A DNA stretch of 58,657 nt from NCBI GenBank assembly GCA_048941285.1, contig JBHLNS010000016.1, positions 1-58,657 on the forward strand, given 5' to 3'. Positions 19,888 to 28,967 of the stretch are shown here, piece by piece (the stretch's first letter is position 1; each line of letters opens with the position of its first letter). The notes under the pieces are model-generated. The model was not told the DNA's origin, did not search any database, and was given only the letters and a program-made list of their open reading frames with translations. This DNA comes from Promethearchaeota archaeon. Lineage in GTDB: Archaea > Asgardarchaeota > Lokiarchaeia > Sigyniarchaeales > SOKP01. The position numbers were made by a program, and so were the translations under genes.

Positions 19888-20739
19888 CTATTTTTTTCTA
19901 AGTTTTTTCCTAGCTTTCTTAAAATCTTGATCCAAAAACCATCTGACAAGTTTAGGAAAAATTCTATTAATATATCGTATAGATTTTGCATTACCAGGAC
20001 AGATATGAAATTTATCTTTCAAAAGTTTTTGGATAACATATTCTGAGACCTCCTCGGGTTCTAAAAGCCCTCCTGTTTCAGACATCATCGCACATTCAGG
20101 CGGTTTACCTTCATTTTCTGTTTTGAGTCCTGGTGTATTTGTATCGGGAGGGTATACTATTGAAATCTTTATATTATGAGGTTTTAGTTCATTTCGTAAA
20201 GATTCTGCCAATCCAACTATAGCAAACTTTGTAGGAACATATGCTCCATATCCCATCATTCCTATGTATCCCAACATCGAGGAGAAAAAGATAATATGTC
20301 CTTTCTTTTCTTTCATAAATTCAGGAAGCATTATGAGGGTAGGGACTAATTGCCCATAATAATTTACATTCATATTCTCCCTGAAATCGTCTAAAGTATA
20401 CTTTTCAATGTAACCAGGAATAGCCCGTCCTACTAAATTGAATAAGTAATCTGGTATTCTATGATTTTTAATAAAATCTCCTAATATTGGGTTTAATTTT
20501 TCAAAATCTGTAGCATCACATGACATACGCTCTACAAACTGAGATTCATGAGAAATTATTTGTTTAATATCTTTAACGGCTTCTTCTAATATATTCTGAC
20601 GTCTAGAAATTATCAGTACACTACCACCCAACTGTACAAACAATTTTGCTGTTGCTTTTCCTATCCCAGTTGACGCCCCAATCAAAATCGCTATTTTTCC
20701 TCTAAAAGGTTGGTTTTTTATCAATTTATCTTTTACCAC
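19888..20739 (-). CDS. SDR oxidoreductase, 3-ketodihydrosphingosine reductase (KDSR/Tsc10)-like
   Basis: GASTGIG, GYGAYVPTKFA (YxxxK), LAESLRNE, YPPDTNTPG..ENEGKP signature. Confidence 0.75.
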   Translation of the reverse strand: MVKDKLIKNQPFRGKIAILIGASTGIGKATAKLFVQLGGSVLIISRRQNILEEAVKDIKQIISHESQFVERMSCDATDFEKLNPILGDFIKNHRIPDYLFNLVGRAIPGYIEKYTLDDFRENMNVNYYGQLVPTLIMLPEFMKEKKGHIIFFSSMLGYIGMMGYGAYVPTKFAIVGLAESLRNELKPHNIKISIVYPPDTNTPGLKTENEGKPPECAMMSETGGLLEPEEVSEYVIQKLLKDKFHICPGNAKSIRYINRIFPKLVRWFLDQDFKKARKKLRKK

Positions 20740-20759
20740 TTCACATCAACTCCTTTAAA

Positions 20760-21197
20760 TTAAAAAATTCCCAAACCATATGCGCCATATATAATGAAGA
20801 TTGGGCCAAATATTAAAGTAAGGACTACCACGCCTATACTCACAATAGCATCAAAGCCATATTTTTCTCTACTAAATTTCTTATTCTGAATATCAAAAGC
20901 CAAATCAATAATTCCTAAAAACATCATTCCACTACCAGCTAACGCAGAAAAGAAATATCCATAACTTTGTTCAGACAGTACTCCTATAGCTGCTACAACA
21001 AGGTTAGGTGCAATCCAACCTAAATCTGGAAACGGGAAGGATAATTCGTGTTTACGTTCAAATTCTGGCATCTTAGGATTTTTATATTCTGTAAGATAAA
21101 ATACAGTCCAAAAACCTACTAAAAGTAATATCCATATTATCTGAAATATACCTATTATTATATTTAACAACTTGTTCACCTCTCTTATAAATTTCAT
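20760..21197 (-). CDS. Hypothetical four-TM membrane protein
   Basis: Four hydrophobic segments with HELSFPFPD; co-oriented between SDR genes. Confidence 0.7.
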   Translation of the reverse strand: MKFIREVNKLLNIIIGIFQIIWILLLVGFWTVFYLTEYKNPKMPEFERKHELSFPFPDLGWIAPNLVVAAIGVLSEQSYGYFFSALAGSGMMFLGIIDLAFDIQNKKFSREKYGFDAIVSIGVVVLTLIFGPIFIIYGAYGLGIF

Positions 21198-22012
21198 ATT
21201 TCTGATTTTAAGTAATATGCAGGAACTCCAACTTCTGCTATCCCACCGTCAATAGGAAAATTATGTCCGGTAATAAAGTCCGAAAGATTTGACGTTAAAA
21301 ATAGAAGAATATTAACTACATCCTCCGTCGTCCCTAATCTATTTAATGGAGTTTTTACATGTCCATCATCCATAATCATTTTAATAGCATCTTCTCTATT
21401 ATCATATATCCCTGTTATATGGTATCCTGGAGATATCGAATTAACTGTGATTTTTGGAGCAAGACTTTGAGCTAACATCTGAACCATTGCTATTATTCCA
21501 ACTTTACTAATGGTGTAGACGGGCGTTTTGTTATCAACTCTCATTCCTGCTATCGATGCCGTGTGTATTATTTTTCCTACTAGTGGCTCAAAAGTCTGCT
21601 TTTTCATTCGTTTACTAACAGATTTAGAAACTAACCATTGTCCTTTCAAATTTATGTTCAAAATCCTGTCCCAGTCTTTTTCTTTTGTTCGCAACAAGTC
21701 TGCTCCATATGGATATCCTACACCTGCATTATTAAATAATATATAAACATTACTTAGTTCTTGAAAAGCTTGTTTTGCCATCAACTCTACTTGATCTGAT
21801 TTTGAAACATCACAAACTATTGGAGTAACTTTCCTTCCTTTTTCTTGGGCAATTTTTTTACTAGTTTCCTCTAATAGCTCTTGATTAATATCAACTAGTA
21901 CTAAATCAGCTCCTCGTTCAGCAAATGCATATGCTACACTTCTTCCAAACCCTGAAGCTCCACCTGTAATAAGAGCTCCTTTTCCATTCAAAAATTTATT
22001 AAACATGTTCAT
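21194..22012 (-). CDS. SDR family oxidoreductase (tandem paralog 2)
   Basis: TGGASGFG, NNAG, YTISK, NSISPG, FITGHNF..DGG. Confidence 0.92.
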   Translation of the reverse strand: MNMFNKFLNGKGALITGGASGFGRSVAYAFAERGADLVLVDINQELLEETSKKIAQEKGRKVTPIVCDVSKSDQVELMAKQAFQELSNVYILFNNAGVGYPYGADLLRTKEKDWDRILNINLKGQWLVSKSVSKRMKKQTFEPLVGKIIHTASIAGMRVDNKTPVYTISKVGIIAMVQMLAQSLAPKITVNSISPGYHITGIYDNREDAIKMIMDDGHVKTPLNRLGTTEDVVNILLFLTSNLSDFITGHNFPIDGGIAEVGVPAYYLKSEI

Positions 22013-22037
22013 CCTTCATTTGAGGTTTATTTAAAAT

Positions 22038-22874
22038 TTAGATTTCAGATTTTAAGAAGGTCGCGGGTACGCCTACATCCGCAATTCCACCATCTACCAT
22101 GAAATTATGTCCCGTTATAAAATCTGACGCAGGAGATGCTAAAAATATCATTAGATTAACAACATCCTCTGCAGATCCTATTCTGCTTAAGGGGGTTTTA
22201 ACATTTCCCTCCTTCAACATTTTTTCAATCAAATCTGGATCATTATTGTATATTGGAGTCACATGATAGCCTGGAGAGATACTGTTAACTGTAACATTTG
22301 GTGCTAAATCCTGCGCAAATATCTTTGTTAATAATATTACACCTGCTTTTGAGATACCATAAATGGGGAGAGCAGAATTCGGCTTAATACCTGCAATAGA
22401 AGCACAAAAAATTACTTTTCCGGCTACAGGATCGAATTTTTGGCGACTAATCTTTTTTCCTAAAGCTTTTGTTACCAACCATGGACCTTTGAGATTTGTA
22501 TTCATAATCAAATCATATTCATCTTCTTTTGTTCTAAAGATGTTAAGGCCATAATGAGGTGCTATTCCCGCATTGTTATACAAAATATAAATGTTATCTA
22601 ATTCTTCAAGTGCTTGTTTTGCCATTGAATTTACTTGATTTGATTTTGATACATCACAAACGATTGGAATTGCGTTACGATTATAAGTATTTTTGATTTC
22701 CTTAGTTGTTGCTTCTAAGTCATTTGCTTTAATATCCACTAAAGCTAAATCAGCCCCTCTCTTAGCATATTCAAAAGCAACACCTCTTCCAAAACCAGAA
22801 GCTGCTCCAGTGATTAAAACACCCTTTCCTTCTAAAAATTTATCATTCATGCTATTAGCATTTATGATTGTCAA
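22038..22874 (-). CDS. SDR family oxidoreductase (tandem paralog 1)
   Basis: TGAASGFG, NNAG, YGISK, NSISPG; closely similar to its neighbour, both ending KSEI. Confidence 0.92.
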   Translation of the reverse strand: MTIINANSMNDKFLEGKGVLITGAASGFGRGVAFEYAKRGADLALVDIKANDLEATTKEIKNTYNRNAIPIVCDVSKSNQVNSMAKQALEELDNIYILYNNAGIAPHYGLNIFRTKEDEYDLIMNTNLKGPWLVTKALGKKISRQKFDPVAGKVIFCASIAGIKPNSALPIYGISKAGVILLTKIFAQDLAPNVTVNSISPGYHVTPIYNNDPDLIEKMLKEGNVKTPLSRIGSAEDVVNLMIFLASPASDFITGHNFMVDGGIADVGVPATFLKSEI

Positions 22875-22979
22875 TCAGAAATATTATTTATTCGATGATA
22901 TTAAATCTCTCTTACTTTATTTAAAATTTTAATTAAGATATTATTTATTTAACTCAAAACCATAACTTTAATTATTAAA

Positions 22980-24602
22980 TTGGTATTAAAAATAAGTATA
23001 GAAATATCAAGTGAATCAAATATGGTTAATAAAGTAGTCCCTTATTTAATTAATATGGGTGAAGTGACTCCTGCACGAAGCCAAGCTGCTTTATTAAACG
23101 AGTTAGCAATGGGTTTAATTGATTGTATTAGTATATATGGTAAAAGTCTTAAAAAATTAGGTAAAATTTCAAAAATATCAACAGCCTTCTGGCCAGTTCG
23201 TTTAATACCATTAAGTGATACAAGAGCTTGTGTCTGTAGTTATCTCTTAAATAAACAAGAGAAATTAAGTGTAGGAGAATTTGCTCAAATGCCACCTAGA
23301 CCTGAAAATGTTATTAAAGGAGCAGATCCCGAATCCTTTTTAAGTTCATTGCAAATGTATAATAATACTTATTTAAGGCGTTTAAAAAACTTTAAACGCG
23401 GTACGGTAATACAAGAGGCGTTATTTAATGCAAATGAGGTAGGTTTTTTCCAGAATTTTTTCCTTAATCAATATGATTTAAGTTCTCATTCTACACCTTA
23501 TTTCTTATTAGAAGGAGGGCCCATTACTAAAAGTGTTAATCAGACTAAAATAGCACCAGAAATTCCTGTGTATGTATCACAGAAAGATGTTAAACTGCTT
23601 GATACATTCGGAGATGCCATTATAAAATTGTGTGAAAGATGGGTAGAAAAGGGTGGGAAAGAAGTAGATAAAATAAGAGATACTAAAGTAGATACTGGAG
23701 AAGAAGAGAAACAATTGGCAATACTAAATAAGGAAATCCAAGCAGAAAAAGAACGAGAAATTGAAAAATCTCCAGAAGAATTAGTGAAATTAGGAAAATA
23801 TAAAATAAATGATAAAACAGGAGAATTAGGCAACAATCTTAGCGCAATTAAAAATAGCGTTGATGGTTTGAAAAATGCCATTAATAATCGTGATCTATTT
23901 TTAGTAGAAGAAGGTTTAAAAGACATCAATGTGAAATATAGAGAATTAGGAGATTCCATCAATAGATATAATAATGAAATTGCCCAATTGAGAAAAAATG
24001 TTCAACGGGAAATCTCTGATCTCGAAAAAACAAGACAACAGAAAATCAGAGAGTTAGAACGTAAAAAGGCTGAGGTTGAAAAACAAATTGAAGCAAAACA
24101 CAGTGGTCTTAGCAAAGATCTAACTTCTGCAGAAGGTACTGTTGCTCAAATTAAATCTGAAAAACAAAATTCTTTAGCTAATATTGAATCTATTAAAGAT
24201 AAAGAGATGACTGATGTTCAAAATTTCTTTAATAATTACACACTTGAGATTAAGACTCAAAATGTCATTGTAGGTATCCCAATATATATATTCTTCTTTA
24301 TGGATCCTAATACAAACAGAACAACTGAAAGAGCTCCTGTGTTACCGATATTGATTGATAAGGGTAAAAAGGTGGAAACAAAAGTTAAATCTGGGTTCAG
24401 ACAAAAATTAAGAGATTTAATGAATAAAGACAATGCAATGATAGAATTAGTTGAAGCTCAATCCGATAAAAATAATTTGATGGAAACGAAAAATTTAGAC
24501 ACGCGTCTTGAGGATGCTATAAATGATTTACGGATTCGTAAAATTTTAAGTAAAAAGCAAGCTGAAACGGCAAAAGATATTATATCAAATCTTGTTTGGT
24601 AA
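22980..24602 (+). CDS. Hypothetical protein with a long central coiled coil
   Basis: Globular N- and C-termini flanking about 200 aa of heptad-like E/K-rich sequence. Start may be ATG 23022. Confidence 0.75.
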   Translation: MVLKISIEISSESNMVNKVVPYLINMGEVTPARSQAALLNELAMGLIDCISIYGKSLKKLGKISKISTAFWPVRLIPLSDTRACVCSYLLNKQEKLSVGEFAQMPPRPENVIKGADPESFLSSLQMYNNTYLRRLKNFKRGTVIQEALFNANEVGFFQNFFLNQYDLSSHSTPYFLLEGGPITKSVNQTKIAPEIPVYVSQKDVKLLDTFGDAIIKLCERWVEKGGKEVDKIRDTKVDTGEEEKQLAILNKEIQAEKEREIEKSPEELVKLGKYKINDKTGELGNNLSAIKNSVDGLKNAINNRDLFLVEEGLKDINVKYRELGDSINRYNNEIAQLRKNVQREISDLEKTRQQKIRELERKKAEVEKQIEAKHSGLSKDLTSAEGTVAQIKSEKQNSLANIESIKDKEMTDVQNFFNNYTLEIKTQNVIVGIPIYIFFFMDPNTNRTTERAPVLPILIDKGKKVETKVKSGFRQKLRDLMNKDNAMIELVEAQSDKNNLMETKNLDTRLEDAINDLRIRKILSKKQAETAKDIISNLVW

Positions 24603-24642
24603 TTTTAATTATTTTTCTCTTTATTTCTTTTTAATGTTCTAT

Positions 24643-24816
24643 CTAATGCTCAATATAATCCATTTTTATTCCACAACATTCGGGAATTGGTTGGTATCCA
24701 CAATCTTTTGAACAACAACAGAGTAAATAGCCTTCCTTCACCATCATTGATTTCTCACAACAAACTGGAATTTCCTTTTCTGAGCCACAAATACTGCAAA
24801 CAAGTTTATTTGACAT
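24643..24816 (-). CDS. Small Cys-rich protein (57 aa, 10 Cys), tandem desulforedoxin-like / metallothionein-like
   Basis: Below the ORF-track cutoff. Manual translation: MSNKLVCSICGSEKEIPVCCEKSMMVKEGYLLCCCSKDCGYQPIPECCGIKMDYIEH*. GGTG SD-like sequence upstream. Confidence 0.8.
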   Translation of the reverse strand: MSNKLVCSICGSEKEIPVCCEKSMMVKEGYLLCCCSKDCGYQPIPECCGIKMDYIEH

Positions 24817-25047
24817 TTTTTTCCAACACCTAATAATATGTTATTTCTAATGAGACTATAAAATTAGTTACACTAAAATGAATCTGTTATGGATTATAAC
24901 TAGAACAAAATTTCTGTTTTCACAGAAAAAGTAATTATAACGATAATCTTGTGGAATATTAGATGAAATTACAATTTCGTTTAGAAACCTTCAATAATTA
25001 TGTTTAATAATTTAATGCTATATTATTAGAAAAAATGGAGAGAGAAA

Positions 25048-26307
25048 TTGGCTGATAAATTAAATCTTAGCAACACATTCAGATTATATGAGGAAGCTTT
25101 AAATTTAATTCCAGGAGCAATTTTAGGGATAAGACGGCCCTATAATTTTATTGAGGGAGAATACCCAATATTCTTTGAATCTGCTAAGGGTGGAAAAGTA
25201 ATTGATGTAGATGGAAATGAATATATAGATATGTTATGCGCTTATGGGCCCATAATTATAGGACACAGAGAAGTAGAAATAGATAATGCTGTTATTGAAC
25301 AAATACGTAATAAGGGATTTTGTATGTCTTTAACTCAACAAGTACAAAACAAACTGGCTAAAAAGTTACGAGATTTGATACCTTGCTGTGAAAAGATGGT
25401 TTTAATGAAAATGGGCACAGATGCTACAACTGCAGCAATAAGAGTCGCTAGAGCATATACAAAAAAAATTAAAATACTTAGTTGTGGATACCATGGGTGG
25501 TATGACGCCTTCAGTGAGGTTCATGGAATTGAAACGGGAATACCAAAAAAACTATATGAGGATTTCTATGAATTTAAGTTTAATAGTCTAGAAGAGGTTG
25601 AAAATTTATTTAAAGCGAATAAAGATGAAATTGCAGCCATTATTATTAATCCAATACATACTCCTGGTGGCCGAGAGGTTGAAATGCCAAAGCTAGGATA
25701 CCTAGAAGGACTTCGTGAATTAGCAAATGATAATAATGCATTATTAATATTTGATGAGATAAGAACAGGCTTTAGAGTAGATATGGGTGGGGCTCAAAAA
25801 ATGTTTGGAGTTATTCCTGATCTAGCTGCTTTTGGTAAGGCTATGGGAAATGGTTACCCTATAAGTACTCTTGTTGGTAAAAAAGAATTTATGGATGTAT
25901 TAGTTGAAAAAGTATTTTTGAGTTCAACCTTTTTTCCTAATAGTCTTGCTCAGGTTGCTTCCCTAAAGACTATTGAAATTCTTGAAAAAGAAAATGTTCT
26001 AGAAAATATCCGTACAAAAGGAGATCAGTTTGCTAAAAGAATTAAAGAAAGTATAAATGATAATAATATTCCATGTAATTATTCTGGTGCGCCTTGGATG
26101 CCATATGTAACTTTTAAACCAGATAAAGATTATCTCTATAGAAAACTTAGAGAAGAATTCTATCGACAACTTATTCGAAGAAAAATATTTCTTCAACCCT
26201 TTCATCATGGTTATATTTGTCATCGTCATTCAGTTGAAGATATTGATTTTGCGGCAGATATGATTGACGAAGCCTTAAAGATAACAAAGCAATATTCTAA
26301 ATATTGA
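25048..26307 (+). CDS. kat: 3-aminobutyryl-CoA aminotransferase (class III PLP)
   Basis: GIRRPYNF..GEYPIFF, LCAYGPIIIG, FDEIR.GFR, FGKAM, VFLSSTFFPNS, APWMPY, QP.HHGYIC.RH match the Cloacimonas Kat as I recall it; first gene of the kce/kdd operon. Confidence 0.85.
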   Translation: MADKLNLSNTFRLYEEALNLIPGAILGIRRPYNFIEGEYPIFFESAKGGKVIDVDGNEYIDMLCAYGPIIIGHREVEIDNAVIEQIRNKGFCMSLTQQVQNKLAKKLRDLIPCCEKMVLMKMGTDATTAAIRVARAYTKKIKILSCGYHGWYDAFSEVHGIETGIPKKLYEDFYEFKFNSLEEVENLFKANKDEIAAIIINPIHTPGGREVEMPKLGYLEGLRELANDNNALLIFDEIRTGFRVDMGGAQKMFGVIPDLAAFGKAMGNGYPISTLVGKKEFMDVLVEKVFLSSTFFPNSLAQVASLKTIEILEKENVLENIRTKGDQFAKRIKESINDNNIPCNYSGAPWMPYVTFKPDKDYLYRKLREEFYRQLIRRKIFLQPFHHGYICHRHSVEDIDFAADMIDEALKITKQYSKY

Positions 26308-26326
26308 ATCTCAAAAAGTGTTTTTT

Positions 26327-27151
26327 ATGGAAAAATTAATTATTACAGCTGCTATATGTGGTGCAGAAGTCACAAAGGAACATAATCCACGTATTCCATA
26401 CACGATAGAAGAAATAGGAAATGAAGCAGAATCTGCTTATAGTGCAGGAGCTAGCATAATTCATTTACATGTTCGAGAAGATGATGGAACTCCTACGCAA
26501 GATAAGGAAAGATTTAGATTATGTATTGAAAAAATTAAATCAAAATGTCCAGATGCCATTATATTACCTTCTACTGGAGGAGCTGTTGGGATGACTAATG
26601 AAGAACGTCTTCAACCTATTTATTTAGAACCTGCTCCTGAAATGGCAACATTAGATTGTGGAACAATGAATTGGATTGGTGGCGACGAAATTTTTGTTAA
26701 TACTGAAAATACTATAATCAATTTTGCTGAAGAGATGAATAAACTTGGAATAAAATATGAACTTGAGTGTTTTGATAAAGGAATGGTTGATACAGCTTTA
26801 AGATTGCATGATAAAGGGTATATCAAAGATCCTATGCACTTTAATTTCATGTTAGGAATAAAGGGGGGAATAAATGCCACACCAAGAGATTTACTATTCT
26901 TAGTAAACAGTATTCCAAAAAACTCTACATATTGTGTTGGAGCGATTGGTAGGTATGAATTTCCAATGATTACATTATCAATAATAATGGGAGGACATGC
27001 TAGAGTTGGCTTTGAAGATAATATCTATCTATCTAAAGGGAAATTGGCAAAAACTAATGGAGAATTTGTAGAAAAAGTTGTAAGGATAGCTAATGAATTA
27101 GGAAGAGAAATCGCAAGTCCCTCTGAAACAAGAAAAATCTTAGGGCTGTAA
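26327..27151 (+). CDS. kce: 3-keto-5-aminohexanoate cleavage enzyme
   Basis: MEKLIITAAICGAEVTKE.NP, IHLHVR Zn site, PSTGGAVGMT.EER, GGHARVGFEDN. Confidence 0.95.
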   Translation: MEKLIITAAICGAEVTKEHNPRIPYTIEEIGNEAESAYSAGASIIHLHVREDDGTPTQDKERFRLCIEKIKSKCPDAIILPSTGGAVGMTNEERLQPIYLEPAPEMATLDCGTMNWIGGDEIFVNTENTIINFAEEMNKLGIKYELECFDKGMVDTALRLHDKGYIKDPMHFNFMLGIKGGINATPRDLLFLVNSIPKNSTYCVGAIGRYEFPMITLSIIMGGHARVGFEDNIYLSKGKLAKTNGEFVEKVVRIANELGREIASPSETRKILGL

Positions 27152-27179
27152 CTACAAAAATAAATAGGAGTATAATAAT

Positions 27180-27887
27180 ATGTATAAGAAATTAGCTAAT
27201 TATTATGATTTGATTTATTCATGGAAAGATTATAAGCGAGAAGTTAACAGGATCAAGAAATTAATTAAAAAATATAAAAATTCTACTGGTAATAATTTGC
27301 TTGATGTTGGTTGTGGAACTGGGAAGCATTTAAAATACTTAAAGGATGATTTTTCATGTACTGGATGTGATATTAATATCGAAATGATAGAGATTGCTAA
27401 ACAAAATATCAGAGATGTACTTTTCATTCAGGCTGATATGATAACCCTAGATCTAAAAAAAAAGTTCGATGTAATTCTAAGTTTGTTTAGTTCTATAGGG
27501 CATGTAAAAACATATAATAATTTAGAACAGACTATTCAAAACTTTTCTAATCATTTAAAAAGTGGAGGAGTTGTGATTATAGAACCATGGTTAACAAAAT
27601 CAACTTACGAACCCGGACGCCCTGGAATGACAACTTATGATGCAGAAGATATAAAAATTGCAAGGTTAAATACAACAAAAATCGAAGGTGATCTTTCAAT
27701 CTTAGAGATGCATTATTTAATATGCGAAAGAAATAAAGAATTGGAATATTTTTCTGAAAAACATGAACTAGGTCTTTTTGAGATAGATAAATTTTTAGAT
27801 TATATGAATAAAGCTGGATTAAAGTCAGAATTTTTAAAAGATGGTTTAATGAAAGACAGAGGGCTTTATATAGGCATAAAAATGTAG
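27180..27887 (+). CDS. SAM-dependent methyltransferase resembling TylM1/DesVI amine N-methyltransferases
   Basis: YDLIY..KDY..E, LLDVGCGTG.HL, FDV...FSSIGH, HL..GGV.IIEPW. Confidence 0.8.
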   Translation: MYKKLANYYDLIYSWKDYKREVNRIKKLIKKYKNSTGNNLLDVGCGTGKHLKYLKDDFSCTGCDINIEMIEIAKQNIRDVLFIQADMITLDLKKKFDVILSLFSSIGHVKTYNNLEQTIQNFSNHLKSGGVVIIEPWLTKSTYEPGRPGMTTYDAEDIKIARLNTTKIEGDLSILEMHYLICERNKELEYFSEKHELGLFEIDKFLDYMNKAGLKSEFLKDGLMKDRGLYIGIKM

Positions 27888-27915
27888 AATATTTTATAAA
27901 AAAAACCGTGATTTT

Positions 27916-28956
27916 ATGAAAAAAGGATCCAAATATGGTATTCACAGAGTAATTGAACCTATAGGGGCTTTACCTCAACCTGCAGTAAAAATATCAAATG
28001 ATATGGAAATCTTTGATAATGAAATATTAATAGATGTAGATTACTTGAATATTGATTCTGCTAGTTTTACCCAACTTAAAGAAGAAGCTAAAGGAGATAT
28101 AAAAAAAATCGAAAATAAAATATTAGAAATAGTCCAAGAAAAAGGAAAGATGCAAAATCCTGTGACGGGATCTGGAGGAATGTTAATAGGAAATGTAGAA
28201 AAAATTGGTGATGCTTTAAAAGATAGGATTGATCTGAAAATTGGAGAGAAGGTTGCAACCTTAGTATCTCTTTCATTAACACCACTTAGGATTGATAGAA
28301 TTAAAGCTATTTGGCCTGAGATTGATCGAGTAGATATCGAAGGAAAAGCTATTCTTTTTGAAAGTGGTATCTATGCTAAGCTTTCTGAAGATATGGAAGA
28401 TACATTGGCCTTAGCTGCTCTTGATGTCGCAGGAGCTCCTGCACAAGTGAAAAATCTCGTAAAAGAAGGGGATATTGTATTAATTCTTGGTGCTACTGGA
28501 AAATCGGGGTTAATGTGTTCCTATATGGCAAAGAAAATGGTAGGAGCAAACGGAAAAGTTATAGGTCAAGCTCGAAATGAATCACGTGCCAAATTTCTTA
28601 GAAATACAAATTTTTGTCATAAAGTTATAGTAGGGGATGTTCTAAAACCTATAAATATATTAGAAGAAACTTTAAATGCAAATTCTGGGAGAGAAGTTGA
28701 CATTTCAATAAACTGTTTAAGTATACCAAACACAGAAATGACTAGTATTCTTCCTGTTAGAGATGGAGGAGTTGTTTATTTTTTTTCAATGGCAACTAGT
28801 TTTACTAAAGCAGCTTTAGGTGCTGAAGGTGTCGGAAAAGATGTAACTATGATTATTGGCAATGGTTACACTAAAAACCATGCACAGATTACCTTAGATT
28901 TATTAAAAGAATCAGATGTATTAAGAAAGATTTTTGAAGAAAAATACATGAAATAA
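27916..28956 (+). CDS. kdd: L-erythro-3,5-diaminohexanoate dehydrogenase
   Basis: KYG.HRVIEP.G.LPQPA, LNIDSASF, GKMQNPVTGSGGM, ALDVAGAPAQ, FFSMATSFTKAALGAEG. Confidence 0.95.
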   Translation: MKKGSKYGIHRVIEPIGALPQPAVKISNDMEIFDNEILIDVDYLNIDSASFTQLKEEAKGDIKKIENKILEIVQEKGKMQNPVTGSGGMLIGNVEKIGDALKDRIDLKIGEKVATLVSLSLTPLRIDRIKAIWPEIDRVDIEGKAILFESGIYAKLSEDMEDTLALAALDVAGAPAQVKNLVKEGDIVLILGATGKSGLMCSYMAKKMVGANGKVIGQARNESRAKFLRNTNFCHKVIVGDVLKPINILEETLNANSGREVDISINCLSIPNTEMTSILPVRDGGVVYFFSMATSFTKAALGAEGVGKDVTMIIGNGYTKNHAQITLDLLKESDVLRKIFEEKYMK

Positions 28957-28967
28957 TTTGAAATAAG

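Noticed and set aside
25048-26307. Annotation as glutamate-1-semialdehyde aminomutase (hemL)
   Set aside because: Lacks HemL motifs such as PGGVNSPVR and GNP, and its context and motifs fit Kat.
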